A stretch of DNA of 64,000 nucleotides from a virus (Duplodnaviria; Caudoviricetes). The stretch spans positions 6,212 to 70,211 of the IMG/VR virus record IMGVR_UViG_3300037454_000194, one strand, 5' to 3'. The notes below the pieces were generated by a model. It ran no database searches. It saw only the letters and a program-made list of their open reading frames with translations, and was not told the DNA's origin. How positions within the stretch are numbered: position 1 is the first letter of the stretch; every line of letters starts with the position of its first letter. This document shows positions 1 through 10,308 of this stretch, piece after piece. Both the position numbers and the translations under genes were made by a program.

Positions 1-3
1 ATC

Positions 4-3000
4 ATGACTAACCAGAGTGACGAACAGAGCTCTATAAAGACCTCTATAAAAACGTTGGCGTCGTCTATCAAACTCATATATTCTATGGCAGTGTTAATTG
101 CTGCTATAGGTGTGGCTGTAGCTTTGATGGCGACTGGTCTTGCTGTTATAAAGAAATTTGATGTAGGAATTAAAGATTTACTGATACTTACCGGCGTGCT
201 GACAGTTTTAGTCGTATCCATACTTGGAATAGTTGAAGTAATAAAGATGCTTCCAGAAACCAAGAACGGCATTAAAGGTGCTGGATCATTGGCCGCGGTA
301 GCACTTGTTATATTTGCGATAGCATCTGCGATGACATCAGTTGCTATAGCATTAAAAGTTATGGAAGGAATGAGTACCGACGGTCTTATTGGCGCACTGT
401 CGGTATTATTTTCATTGATTGCAGGTATAGCAGTCATCATCGGCCTATCTGCATTGCTAGCTCAGTATAAGCCAGCTGCGATATTGGCCATCGCTGTTGT
501 TATAGCTGCTGTAGGATTTGCCCTATCGTCCATAATATTGTCGGTAGCCGCAGCCATGAACATAATGGCCCTTGCAAGTAATATCTCAAATGGAGACGCT
601 GATAGCATACTTCTGCCTATATTTGGTTTCCTTGGAATAGTTAGTATTGTCATATTAGCATTAATAGCCCTTATAGCAGTAGCTACCAAAACAGCTGAGC
701 AAGGAGACACCGGGGAAATTGTAGGAATCATGTTGTCGATGACGGCCCTTATAGGTTCTTTGGCAGCGGCGATTCTTCTTATAGGAGTCGCTCTTAAGCT
801 CATGGAGAATCTCAAGGCCGATCAGATGATATCTATCACTACAATGATGGCTGTTGTTCTTGGTGGTATAGCATTACTTACAAGAGAATTCTCAAATGCG
901 GATCCAAAGCAGCTTCTTTCAGGTGCAGTTACGGTAGCAGCGGTCGGAGCTTCCATGCTATTACTGGCAATGGCTATAAAGAAACTTGCTAGAATTTCAT
1001 TTGCATCTACTGGTTTGCTTGTAGCGATTGGTGTTATATCTTTGGTAATCCTCATGTTCTCTAGGATGACTGCACTGAAAAAAGCGGCAGGAGACCTTTC
1101 TGATCTGTCATCAAGCATGAGAGATATTAAGACAACCCTTGCATACGTTGTCGCTGGAATTCTTGCGTTTGCAGTATCGATGTTAATTGTTGCGAAAGCA
1201 TTTGAAGTAATGGATGGACTGAAAGATGTTGGTCAGAGTGCTCTTGCAATGGTCGGAGTACTCGTGGTCATTGCAGGCGTTGTGGCGCTTCTTACAGTGA
1301 TCGCTAGCAAATCCTTTAATAGCGGAGATGCACTGCTATCTGTAGGTGCCGCGTTTATAATGATTGCAGGTGCTATGCTTATATTTGCATTCGCGGTTGA
1401 AAGAATGTCGTCCAGCAATGCAGACCTTCTCGGAATAGTTATAGTATTCGGTGTACTTGCTGCTATCATGGCGGTACTAGCGGCCATTGCTGCTAAATTC
1501 CCAAAGTTCGGCGAAGCTATGATTACGATTGGAAAAGCGTTCTTGTATGCTGGTATTGGTGCCGTTTTAGTTGGCGCTGGTATTTGGCTTGTGTGCGACG
1601 CCCTTAAATCGTTGATGCCTGTGATACCGGCGTTGATAATTGATGCTAACCTGTTTTTCACCATGCTTGAAGACCATTATCCGGTTCTGATAATCATTAC
1701 TATAATTGTAGTCGCATTAACAGTGGCTATTGTTGCTCTTGGGGCTACAGTCGGACCGATAATCAAGAGTGTAGCTGAAGTCATAGCATCCGGTGCTCAA
1801 GTGGTACTTAACTTACTTGACAGCCTTGCGACAGGAGCTAAGAACTTTGTATCAGGTCTCAGTACCAAGGGAAAAGCCGCTATAGCTGGACTAATAACGG
1901 CTCTGTGTGGTGCCCTAACAAAAGCATCTCCTGAAGTATTTAAGACTATAGGCAATCTCATTATCAAGGTTCTTGGTTATCTTGGTAGCATTATCGGCAC
2001 CATTGCTTCGGCGCTGCTTGAGTTTATCATCAATCTTATTAACGGACTTGCAGAAGCTATAAGGTCTCATTCTAACCGAGTAGCGGCCTCTATATTTAAT
2101 CTTTTGTATGCGTTGATCGACGTAGTGCTTGCCGTGCTCAAAGAAATAGTAAATATTATTTTCGGCAATATGTTCGGTGGAAAAGTTGCAGATCTTTTGG
2201 GCGATTTCCTTGATTATGGTCAGGAATCACTCGACGCCCATGCTGCAAAGATGCTTGCTGATGCTGAAGCCGCAGACGCTGCGAAAGCTTCTCTTAGTGG
2301 CTATAACAAAGAACTAGAGAAGCAAGCAAAGGCCATAGCTGATAGCGAGACTGGAGGATCTAGTACCGGTTCGTCTTATAGCACTGGAGGAGGCGGAGGT
2401 TTCTTAGGCGGAGCGTCCGAAATCAAGGAAAAACTTGGTATAGGTAACTTTGTGGACATGGACTCTATCGAAGGTTTTGATATTTCGAAGTCCATCAACA
2501 TGGAAGGTGCCGGTGCCAACGAATTCCAAAAGTACATGTCAAATCTTGGCGGAGACCAGTCCTACGCAACGGGCTATGATACTGCTAGCATGTTTGATGA
2601 AGGCGCTTCGGATTACTTTGATACCGAAGGATACGACTCCGCAGAAGGAACCGGAACAACATACACGACTACCATTGCCGACTCCATGACAAGTGACCAA
2701 TCGATTGAGGAAGTCAAGTCTGCTACAACAGATGTTACTGATGCGATTGATGAAGAACTTGATACTTACCATACGACCCTCACAACGACTACAATTCCGA
2801 AAGCTATGCACGGAGTATATTCTGCGATGGTTGTGAACTCGTCCGAAACCACTAAGGGTGCAAAATTTATTGTAGACGGCATTCTCAGAGCCATTAACAG
2901 CGGAATGGATTCTATATACAATGCAGGCGCAATCGTTGGAGACGGACTCCATGCAGGCTTTGTTGGTCCGAGAGGAATCGATGCGAATTCCCCGTCGAAA

Positions 3001-3489
3001 AAGTTCTATCAGGGTGGTCTGTATTGTGTTATGGGTGTCGAAGAGGCTATCAAAGACAATTCTTATCTTGCAACAGATGCCATGACCGACCTCTCATCTC
3101 AGATGATCGACTCTTTCGGTAATCCTCTCGATTATATTTCGAAAGTGGCTTCTGGTGAAATTGCATACGACCCGACGATTAGACCCGTTATGGACATGAG
3201 TGACGCGTATAGGGCATCTCTTGACGTAAATAGCATGTTCCGAAACCAGTCTATCTCTCTTAGCGGACTTTCTGGACAGATTGCGTACGATATGACGAAT
3301 CTTAACGGTTCTAATGCGGCCGTGGTCTCTGAGATTCAGGCACTTCGCGAAGATATGGACTTCATGACAGATGAACTGACCAACATGCAAATTGTTATGG
3401 ATACCGGAGCTCTCGTAGGTTCCACTGTTGGTGCTTATGACCAGGCTCTTGGTTCGAGACAAGTTTATTCTAAAAGGGGGACAATCTAA
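4..3489 (+). CDS. Tail tape measure protein, C-terminal part (5' end lies outside the window)
   Basis: More than 1100 aa of Ala/Ile/Leu-rich amphipathic repeats; frame open at window edge; C-terminal GIDANSPSKKF motif typical of TMPs; directly upstream of Dit. Confidence 0.85.
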   Translation: MTNQSDEQSSIKTSIKTLASSIKLIYSMAVLIAAIGVAVALMATGLAVIKKFDVGIKDLLILTGVLTVLVVSILGIVEVIKMLPETKNGIKGAGSLAAVALVIFAIASAMTSVAIALKVMEGMSTDGLIGALSVLFSLIAGIAVIIGLSALLAQYKPAAILAIAVVIAAVGFALSSIILSVAAAMNIMALASNISNGDADSILLPIFGFLGIVSIVILALIALIAVATKTAEQGDTGEIVGIMLSMTALIGSLAAAILLIGVALKLMENLKADQMISITTMMAVVLGGIALLTREFSNADPKQLLSGAVTVAAVGASMLLLAMAIKKLARISFASTGLLVAIGVISLVILMFSRMTALKKAAGDLSDLSSSMRDIKTTLAYVVAGILAFAVSMLIVAKAFEVMDGLKDVGQSALAMVGVLVVIAGVVALLTVIASKSFNSGDALLSVGAAFIMIAGAMLIFAFAVERMSSSNADLLGIVIVFGVLAAIMAVLAAIAAKFPKFGEAMITIGKAFLYAGIGAVLVGAGIWLVCDALKSLMPVIPALIIDANLFFTMLEDHYPVLIIITIIVVALTVAIVALGATVGPIIKSVAEVIASGAQVVLNLLDSLATGAKNFVSGLSTKGKAAIAGLITALCGALTKASPEVFKTIGNLIIKVLGYLGSIIGTIASALLEFIINLINGLAEAIRSHSNRVAASIFNLLYALIDVVLAVLKEIVNIIFGNMFGGKVADLLGDFLDYGQESLDAHAAKMLADAEAADAAKASLSGYNKELEKQAKAIADSETGGSSTGSSYSTGGGGGFLGGASEIKEKLGIGNFVDMDSIEGFDISKSINMEGAGANEFQKYMSNLGGDQSYATGYDTASMFDEGASDYFDTEGYDSAEGTGTTYTTTIADSMTSDQSIEEVKSATTDVTDAIDEELDTYHTTLTTTTIPKAMHGVYSAMVVNSSETTKGAKFIVDGILRAINSGMDSIYNAGAIVGDGLHAGFVGPRGIDANSPSKKFYQGGLYCVMGVEEAIKDNSYLATDAMTDLSSQMIDSFGNPLDYISKVASGEIAYDPTIRPVMDMSDAYRASLDVNSMFRNQSISLSGLSGQIAYDMTNLNGSNAAVVSEIQALREDMDFMTDELTNMQIVMDTGALVGSTVGAYDQALGSRQVYSKRGTI

Positions 3490-4467
3490 ATGCAGGTAAG
3501 TTATGACGGCGTACATTCAATCCTTATCGGAGACTTTGTTAATGGCACGTTCGACGAATCAGGATTTATTGATACGTGGAAAGACCTTCACCTCATCCCG
3601 ACTTCTGTACCTGTCATTCAGCCTCCGCCCCTGAAGACTAGCACTGTCGAAGTTCCGGGCTCTAACGGTATCGTTGATATGACAGAAATTCTCGTAGGGC
3701 GTCCGCTTTACCAAAATAGAACAGGCAGTATCGACTTTTATATCGACAACTCGGCTGACGACTACAATTCTCACGGGCAGTATAGATGGGATTATGCTTA
3801 TGATCTGCTGCTCAATACGCTTCACGGCTTTAGGAAAAAGGTAATTCTGACGGATGCGCGCTCCTTTTATTACGAGGGGCGCGTCTCTGTTAACTCCTAC
3901 AAGTCCGATAAGCTCACCGGAACCATTACTCTCGACTACGATCTCGACCCTTTCAAAATGATGCTGTTTACTACAACAGAAAGATGGAAGTGGAACCCCT
4001 TTGATTTTGCAGAGGGTAAGATCCCTCAGAACATCCAGCAATATTTCCATTGTCATGTGACAGAAGGAGAGTCTCAAGGCTTTGGAATCGGTAATGACGT
4101 TACTGGCGTTGTTCCTCTAATCCCGACCATTACAGCAATTCCGAGTACAGGTACTGAAGTGGACTGGACCCAAACAATGAGTCATGAACCCCCGACGATC
4201 CCCGGAATTGTTTTCTGGCCAGACGTCTCGACATCACAGCAGTACATGATTATCGATTTTAGAGAGACGGATAAAGTCATAGATCCAAAACTTGGAACTA
4301 TCTATCGTATTACAAATCCAACAGCATCGAATGGCTATCTACTGACAATAGGCGACCCGAAACCGAATTACAGATTTGAATGGAAGTATAAAAATTACTT
4401 CAGAGATTCATCTGGTGATATTATCCCAACAGAATTTCTCTTTGACTTCAGACCAAGGAGGCTATAA
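3490..4467 (+). CDS. Distal tail protein (Dit)
   Basis: Position after TMP; VEVPGSNGIVDMTE, YQNRTGSIDF and YYEGRVSV...DYDLDPF motifs of Firmicutes siphophage Dit. Confidence 0.8.
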   Translation: MQVSYDGVHSILIGDFVNGTFDESGFIDTWKDLHLIPTSVPVIQPPPLKTSTVEVPGSNGIVDMTEILVGRPLYQNRTGSIDFYIDNSADDYNSHGQYRWDYAYDLLLNTLHGFRKKVILTDARSFYYEGRVSVNSYKSDKLTGTITLDYDLDPFKMMLFTTTERWKWNPFDFAEGKIPQNIQQYFHCHVTEGESQGFGIGNDVTGVVPLIPTITAIPSTGTEVDWTQTMSHEPPTIPGIVFWPDVSTSQQYMIIDFRETDKVIDPKLGTIYRITNPTASNGYLLTIGDPKPNYRFEWKYKNYFRDSSGDIIPTEFLFDFRPRRL

Positions 4468-6821
4468 TGAATTTTCGAATCTTCATTAGAAAGAAACTCC
4501 CTGGCGACGGTAATTTCACAAGGGAGTTCTGTATTCAAGATGGATTTTCTGGACTTAAAGAGCTTGAGCTTATAGAACCAAAACTCCATATGACGAAGAG
4601 CGCCGCTGGATCTTTCGAATGTACCTTTCATAAGGACTCCGTGGTTTATAAGTCTAATGCGAATGATGGTAAACCATGGGTTGAGATGGGCAAGACGAGA
4701 GTTATCGTACGGCGCTACAAAGACAAGTTTGACGACGGAGAGACGATGTGGGAAGGTCGAATCCTCAGTGTAAACTATGACTTCTATGGACAGGAGCATA
4801 TTTACGCTGAGGGTGCTCTTTCATATCTTAATGACTCGATCCAGCCGATTCAGACTTATAAACTGAGTGCTCCGAATTATGGAAAGAACGCTTCATACTA
4901 CATCATGCAAGCCCTTCTAGCTAACCACAACGCTTCTTGCCCCGATAAGAAAATCGAGATGCAGGAAATGGGCAAGATGACGAATAAGGACCTCCTACCG
5001 ACCGAGCCTCTTAACGACATCAAAGAACTTACCTTTGGTAACGAGACTACCATGTCAGCTGTTAGTAAGATGATATCTGCATTTGGTGGTAACATGCGTA
5101 TCATCTATGACGGGAATGACGCAAAGCTTGAGTGGTATAAGACTGGAGCTCCATTCTTTCAGACCGATTATACGCCAGATACCAAGATAGCTCAGATTAT
5201 ATTTACTGAAAACATGCTCGACTGCGAACGAAAGCGCGACCTTACTTCTTTGGTTTCGTACGTATACCCGAGAGGCTACAAGGCTTATAGTGCTGGAGAC
5301 TACGCTGTCGGGGACGATATGATGCTGCCTATGGAGGACACAGATTGGTGCAGAGTCACATGGACTACTGGAGCTTATATCCATACGGTTAGTGATCAGC
5401 AGGGCGCAGTATATGAGTGGGTTCTGTCTGACGGAGATTATCACGATACGATGGCCACCGGATTCTATAAGTCGCTAAGAGCCGTTGGTCCAGAAGGCGT
5501 ATATCCTAATCAAGACCCTCGGCGTAGAGTAGATCCTGACGATCCAAATAGTCAAGTTGCCGATACGCTTGAAGTACACCCAGGGGAATATTATTATATA
5601 ACACTTACGCAGTCAAACAGCAGAACTTGTTATATAGTTACTGCCAATGACCTAGGTACCAATCCCGCTTATATTTTGGCATCACAATCGGCGTCTTCAT
5701 CGGATTACCCTTCAAGTCAGACCGAACCTGATCGTTATGGACAGGTGCAGGTTACATACCCAACAACATGGAGATACCAAAAGATACAGATTCCAACCGA
5801 TGATAAAATCCCAGATGATTGGAAGGAAAAAGAAAACGGAGTAATAAAGACTGATGCTGACGGAAAACCGATCTATAATAAGAAGTTTTACCTTAACGTA
5901 TCTTCAAGAGGTACGTTTAATAAAACTGGAGTTGATTTAGGCAAAGACGGCACATACTCTTACCTTTTCGACGACGCGGGCAACCGCAAAGTAGGTATCT
6001 GGAAAGGTCGCTACATCCCAGCAGATGAATACATCACGCTCAAAGGTCTTGGCGATGGCTCCTATGATATTTTCTTTGCAACCGTCAGTGGTACGTCAGT
6101 CCCGCTTAAGATGGAATCTCAGGCTGGTAAGGACCGAGAGATTTTGTATCCGAAAAGCGTTGATACCATAGTTGTTGATGATATTTCTGGTCGTCCAGCT
6201 GTGACCAACCCAGAAGATATATGCTACGTTAAGAATACTAACGAACGCTGGGTGTTTAATCATGAGCATACATGGGAGCTCTGTGCAAAAGACAAAGCCG
6301 AAGAACTCTCGGGTATTCAGGCGAAAAAGGGCAGTACATGGTTTGTAAGAGAAGACAACTCGTGGTGGGTAGCTCAGGTTGATACTGATAAGAATCGAGA
6401 CATCAACTCCTGGCTTCGTCAAAAGACTTTTCATAGAGATGGTTACTACATCTACATGGATAGTCTCAAGTCACAATACGGACGTATCGAGAAATTTATC
6501 GACTATTCAAATGTTGTAAACCCAGATACCCTTGAGGATTGTGGACTTGCGTATCTCTATACATCAGAATTCGAGTCTTTGAACTTAACGGTTAAGGCTG
6601 TAGACCTTGCTGTTATCAATCCTGACTATAGTAATGTGCTGATGTTCGAAGTTCTCGGTCAGGTTCAGGTTACGTCTACCTATCACGGTATCTCCGATGC
6701 GTTCTACATTCAGGAAATAGAGTACGACTTTGCTGACCTCGGCAACACTACGATTGAAGTCGGTTACTCCAAAGTCCTTAGAATAACTGACACAACCAAA
6801 GACCTAGTAAAGTTTGGGTGA
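4467..6821 (+). CDS. Tail-associated baseplate hub/endopeptidase-like protein (Tal) with large central insertion
   Basis: AAGSFECT, WEGRILS, EGALSYLNDSIQP, ENMLD N-terminal motifs; YGRIEKFIDYSNV and VKAVDLA C-terminal motifs. Confidence 0.8.
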   Translation: MNFRIFIRKKLPGDGNFTREFCIQDGFSGLKELELIEPKLHMTKSAAGSFECTFHKDSVVYKSNANDGKPWVEMGKTRVIVRRYKDKFDDGETMWEGRILSVNYDFYGQEHIYAEGALSYLNDSIQPIQTYKLSAPNYGKNASYYIMQALLANHNASCPDKKIEMQEMGKMTNKDLLPTEPLNDIKELTFGNETTMSAVSKMISAFGGNMRIIYDGNDAKLEWYKTGAPFFQTDYTPDTKIAQIIFTENMLDCERKRDLTSLVSYVYPRGYKAYSAGDYAVGDDMMLPMEDTDWCRVTWTTGAYIHTVSDQQGAVYEWVLSDGDYHDTMATGFYKSLRAVGPEGVYPNQDPRRRVDPDDPNSQVADTLEVHPGEYYYITLTQSNSRTCYIVTANDLGTNPAYILASQSASSSDYPSSQTEPDRYGQVQVTYPTTWRYQKIQIPTDDKIPDDWKEKENGVIKTDADGKPIYNKKFYLNVSSRGTFNKTGVDLGKDGTYSYLFDDAGNRKVGIWKGRYIPADEYITLKGLGDGSYDIFFATVSGTSVPLKMESQAGKDREILYPKSVDTIVVDDISGRPAVTNPEDICYVKNTNERWVFNHEHTWELCAKDKAEELSGIQAKKGSTWFVREDNSWWVAQVDTDKNRDINSWLRQKTFHRDGYYIYMDSLKSQYGRIEKFIDYSNVVNPDTLEDCGLAYLYTSEFESLNLTVKAVDLAVINPDYSNVLMFEVLGQVQVTSTYHGISDAFYIQEIEYDFADLGNTTIEVGYSKVLRITDTTKDLVKFG

Positions 6822-6828
6822 TTTCAAA

Positions 6829-7113
6829 ATGGCTAACATTACTCGGGAACTTCAGGACATAAGAGTCGGACGCTATGGCGTTGATATTCGTTTCCCAATT
6901 CACGACGCTCTTGAGAAACTCGCAAACGAGACCCCCGCCATAGATCCAGATGGCCCATGGTATATCATAACCTCTGAAGGGGATTTTGTTACGACAAACA
7001 CCGATGAGGATTATGTTATAGCATACGGGCGAGATATGTATTATCTGGTTACCAATCTCAATGAGTATATAGTATCCAGTACAGAAGAAGACTATTGCCA
7101 AGCAAGGGAGTGA
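6829..7113 (+). CDS. Short tail/baseplate accessory protein
   Basis: N-terminus MANITRELQDIRVGRYGVDIRFPIHDALEKL resembles the adaptor segment at the start of Firmicutes phage fibre proteins. Confidence 0.5.
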   Translation: MANITRELQDIRVGRYGVDIRFPIHDALEKLANETPAIDPDGPWYIITSEGDFVTTNTDEDYVIAYGRDMYYLVTNLNEYIVSSTEEDYCQARE

Positions 7114-7118
7114 TATTT

Positions 7119-7850
7119 ATGGCAACTACATTCAATCCGCTTGACTTCAACAGAGCAGATTTCAATACAGCGCTCGGTGGCGGTAGAGATTATGCCGCAA
7201 AACAGGGGGCGATCGATAGTGACATTGCTTCACTAAAGACATCTATGACGGATGCAACAGCGACAATTAATAGCATATTAAATGATGTTCAGCAACATAA
7301 AGCTTCGAACGTCACATCTTTTAACAAGGTTGACGACGATTTCTCATCGGTAAAAGATATTCTTGAACAGATTATCTATAAGGGGTCCAATAACCAGATC
7401 GACCTTTCTGGAGCTACTCTCTCTTTCTCTCCTTCTGGTATTGATGACTATCTATCTATCGACAACGGCGTCATCACCTTTATTAAACCTGCTGCCTCAG
7501 AGACTGATTGGGAGATTACTGTAAGTGGTTTCACACTTGCTACTGGTGGGTACTACAAGTGCACCGGTGACGATATTCCGTCTGATGCTGGTGAAGTAGT
7601 CGACATGCAATTCTGGGATGGTCCTAAAGGGTCTCCTTCCGATTGGCTCGGCGTTTCCGTTAAGAATACTGATGATATGTCAGGTTTTTATTACGAGGTC
7701 GAGAACGCGGTTTCCAATGGCGATATCGTTATTACTATTGACAAGGACTACGTCACAAATGTCTGGCGTCACCTCGTTCCAACATTCGCAAAAGAGCTCT
7801 ACGACAAAGAATGGTCTCTTCCCAAATTCTCTCCGCTTTCGGGGGTGTAA
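7119..7850 (+). CDS. Tail fibre/receptor-binding-like protein
   Basis: Position in tail module; coiled-coil N-terminus followed by a beta-rich acidic domain; RBS GGGAG. Confidence 0.45.
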   Translation: MATTFNPLDFNRADFNTALGGGRDYAAKQGAIDSDIASLKTSMTDATATINSILNDVQQHKASNVTSFNKVDDDFSSVKDILEQIIYKGSNNQIDLSGATLSFSPSGIDDYLSIDNGVITFIKPAASETDWEITVSGFTLATGGYYKCTGDDIPSDAGEVVDMQFWDGPKGSPSDWLGVSVKNTDDMSGFYYEVENAVSNGDIVITIDKDYVTNVWRHLVPTFAKELYDKEWSLPKFSPLSGV

Positions 7851-7853
7851 GAT

Positions 7854-8126
7854 ATGGCAGATTACGAAACTGTTGACATCACATCTGAGCTTCTTATCAT
7901 TGCAAACGAGGTTGACGGTGCAACGGTTAAAGATGCTATATGGACAGCTCTCGATAAGCTCAATCAAGCGAAATCAGGCCCCGGACCAGAACCAGGCCCC
8001 GGACCTGAACCAACCCCATCACCGGACATTTGTATTCCGGAAAAGATTCTATATCTACCACATCGAACTCCCGCCGATCTTTATATAGGTTTGCCGGAGC
8101 ATATCACAGAGCCTGCTTTGGCATGA
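7854..8126 (+). CDS. Short tail accessory protein with PGPEP linker
   Basis: N-terminus similar to 6829 ORF (DITSELL...IWTALDKL); Pro-rich GPGPEPGPGPEPTP linker. Confidence 0.5.
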   Translation: MADYETVDITSELLIIANEVDGATVKDAIWTALDKLNQAKSGPGPEPGPGPEPTPSPDICIPEKILYLPHRTPADLYIGLPEHITEPALA

Positions 8127-8144
8127 TGAAGGGAGGAATTCAAA

Positions 8145-8780
8145 ATGGCAACGTACACAAGAATAGCTACGGCTAATGGAGACATCAGTGCTAGCAGTTT
8201 CAGGACTGTTCTTGAAGACTCCGGTCTCTTTACTACTGTAGAAAGAGATGGATACTATGACATCAATTGTTATATCGGAGAAAATAAATTTATAAATTTC
8301 CAGTTTGAGAACAGTGGTCATACTGGGAAAACTACAGTTTATACTCAAGGAGGAACTGTCACCGGATCTGCTTCAAAAGGTCACTGGTATATGGATGCGT
8401 ATCAGTGTTCTGGCGGTTTGATTATTATATGCAAGGAGAACCGCATCGTTCTGACTACGAATCAGGACGGGGAAACGGTAATTATTTGTGGTAATATCAC
8501 GTCGTCAACTACCACTATCGACACCATAATGGCAACGATGTATGCCATGAAGTATACTGACGCCGTTACCCCAATTCCGTACACAACAAATCAGGTTCTC
8601 GCGAAGCAGACAATGTTGATGCCCGTATGTACCTCTGCTGATCCGTCCAGCGTGTCGTATACGGAAAAGGCAAAATTCGCCACATACGCCGAATACAGAA
8701 CCGTCGGAAATATCTATTACAACGGAATCAGATATTTCTACGATGGCTATTTCGCAGTGGAAGACGAACTTACAACGTAA
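8145..8780 (+). CDS. Putative virion/tail protein, beta-rich
   Basis: RBS GGGAGG; 211 aa Thr/Tyr-rich; end of tail module. Confidence 0.45.
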   Translation: MATYTRIATANGDISASSFRTVLEDSGLFTTVERDGYYDINCYIGENKFINFQFENSGHTGKTTVYTQGGTVTGSASKGHWYMDAYQCSGGLIIICKENRIVLTTNQDGETVIICGNITSSTTTIDTIMATMYAMKYTDAVTPIPYTTNQVLAKQTMLMPVCTSADPSSVSYTEKAKFATYAEYRTVGNIYYNGIRYFYDGYFAVEDELTT

Positions 8781-8794
8781 AGGAGGTCTCAATA

Positions 8795-8992
8795 ATGTAC
8801 TACGTAATCATCATTCAGAACTCAGACACGCAGGCGGTATACGTCTATGAGTCTCTTGACACGGCTCTCTCGGTCTTCCATAGTGAGCTTGCATACAGAG
8901 CCGAGGGACGCTTCTCTACAACCTGTGTCATCATCAACGCTATCGGCGAGACCATCAAGACAGACCACTGGGAAAAGCAGCTTACTGAATAA
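8795..8992 (+). CDS. Small hypothetical protein (type often found after tail fibre genes)
   Basis: RBS AAGGAGG; 65 aa. Confidence 0.6.
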   Translation: MYYVIIIQNSDTQAVYVYESLDTALSVFHSELAYRAEGRFSTTCVIINAIGETIKTDHWEKQLTE

Positions 8993-9032
8993 CTAACCAC
9001 ACCACTCCATCACACCAATCTCCTTTCTAATA

Positions 9033-9050
9033 TTTTCAACCCGTATAATG
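9033..9050 (+). promoter_or_regulatory. Phage promoter motif TTTTCA-N5-TATAAT-G
   Basis: TTTTCA ACCCG TATAAT G, then hairpin GGTCA/TGACT. Confidence 0.8.
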
Positions 9051-9088
9051 GTCATATGTTGACTAATTTACTTGAAAGGAGGTGAATT

Positions 9089-9406
9089 GTGATGGAACTT
9101 TTTCATAAGGGTTTGGATTTCGACAGACTCGCGGACGAGCAGGCTGCTCGAATCTATGAAAAGCTCGATGAGACGGAAGTTGGTACGAAAGAGTACCGAG
9201 AGCTCCAGAACCAGTTGGGGGCCTTTGAGATCATGAAAGAAAAAAGAAGAAACGGAACGATCACAAAGGCACAATGGGTGATGTGGGTACTCGATTTCTT
9301 GAAAAGTACCACAACTCTCGGGCTTATTCTGACAGCAGATTTCTTGCTGCCTCGAATTATCGAGAAACTCAAACTCAATGAAGGCATCACTAGATTGTTT
9401 AAGTAA
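9089..9406 (+). CDS. Hypothetical membrane protein (cassette gene)
   Basis: Own promoter at 9033, RBS AAAGGAGG, C-terminal hydrophobic helix, terminator at 9422. Confidence 0.7.
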   Translation: MMELFHKGLDFDRLADEQAARIYEKLDETEVGTKEYRELQNQLGAFEIMKEKRRNGTITKAQWVMWVLDFLKSTTTLGLILTADFLLPRIIEKLKLNEGITRLFK

Positions 9407-9421
9407 CTTAGTGATATGGCC

Positions 9422-9460
9422 AAAGGAGCGATAGGATCTATTCAGGTCCTATCCTCTTTT
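9422..9460 (+). terminator. Cassette 3' hairpin
   Basis: ATAGGA/TCCTAT stem with outer AAAGGAG/CCTCTTT, followed by T-run. Confidence 0.65.
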
Positions 9461-9492
9461 GCAACAAACTTTAATTTAGGAGGTACAAAGGA

Positions 9493-9786
9493 ATGTTTTT
9501 CACTCACAAGAAGCACACAGAAACCCTCAAACCAGAGGAGTCCACAATCAATCAAGAAAGGGAGGAACCCGAAATGAATGTAAACGAGCCACTCGACAGA
9601 ACGAAGCTTCATACCGATATGTTCGAGGCTATTGCAAGCATCGTCATCGAACACGAGACCGTCATGAATTCTCCAATAGACGGTTCTCCTATCGGTGTGG
9701 TGCGTACTGAGGATGTCCTGAATTCTATCACAGAGTACTTTGGCATAGACATCGGTAAGACAAAGTTTTCTGAGTATAGAAAGTAA
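9493..9786 (+). CDS. Hypothetical protein
   Basis: RBS AGGAGG; 97 aa. Confidence 0.65.
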   Translation: MFFTHKKHTETLKPEESTINQEREEPEMNVNEPLDRTKLHTDMFEAIASIVIEHETVMNSPIDGSPIGVVRTEDVLNSITEYFGIDIGKTKFSEYRK

Positions 9787-9800
9787 AAGGAGAACTCAAA

Positions 9801-10022
9801 ATGAACAAGAAAGGTCCATGCCAAGGTTGCCCCGATCGAACCGCTGAACCCAATTGTCACGTCACTTGTTACGATCGGTACATACCATGGGCTCAGAAGG
9901 TCAAAGAAGAAAGGCTACGAGAGAGCCGCATGAGAAAACAAGAGTTAGACGCATGTCGTGTCCGTAATCAGCGTAATGTAACCGGGCATGCCATAGCAAA
10001 GAAGGTGAAAAATCGTGGTTGA
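9801..10022 (+). CDS. Small Cys-rich hypothetical protein (CxGCxxR..CHxxC)
   Basis: RBS AAGGAG; PCQGCPDRTAEPNCHVTC. Confidence 0.7.
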   Translation: MNKKGPCQGCPDRTAEPNCHVTCYDRYIPWAQKVKEERLRESRMRKQELDACRVRNQRNVTGHAIAKKVKNRG

Positions 10023-10308
10023 ATTCGATGCAGAGTATCTTATCATCATTATATTTGGGATTGGTCTTGGAATACCGTTTCTTGTGACGTGTTTTCACAT
10101 CATAAGAAGGCTCAGAGAACTCCACAAAGAGCATAACAAGTATGAAGGAGAGCTATTTGTCTCAGATGGTGGAGAGATTTTCTCAGAATTCCACATCCCA
10201 ATAGGAGAACTAACATCTAAGGACTATATTTTACTAAAAGTCACAAAAGTCGAGCCTAAAGGAGGTAATACTAATGGCAACGTATCAGCAGAGACTTACA
10301 AAACCTGA
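10015..10308 (+). CDS. Single-TM protein upstream of lysin, possible holin or lysis accessory
   Basis: One N-terminal TM segment; overlaps the lysin start. Confidence 0.4.
   Translation: MVEFDAEYLIIIIFGIGLGIPFLVTCFHIIRRLRELHKEHNKYEGELFVSDGGEIFSEFHIPIGELTSKDYILLKVTKVEPKGGNTNGNVSAETYKT

Noticed and set aside
3490-8992. Diversity-generating retroelement acting on tail genes
   Set aside because: No reverse transcriptase motif and no template/variable repeat pair seen in the window
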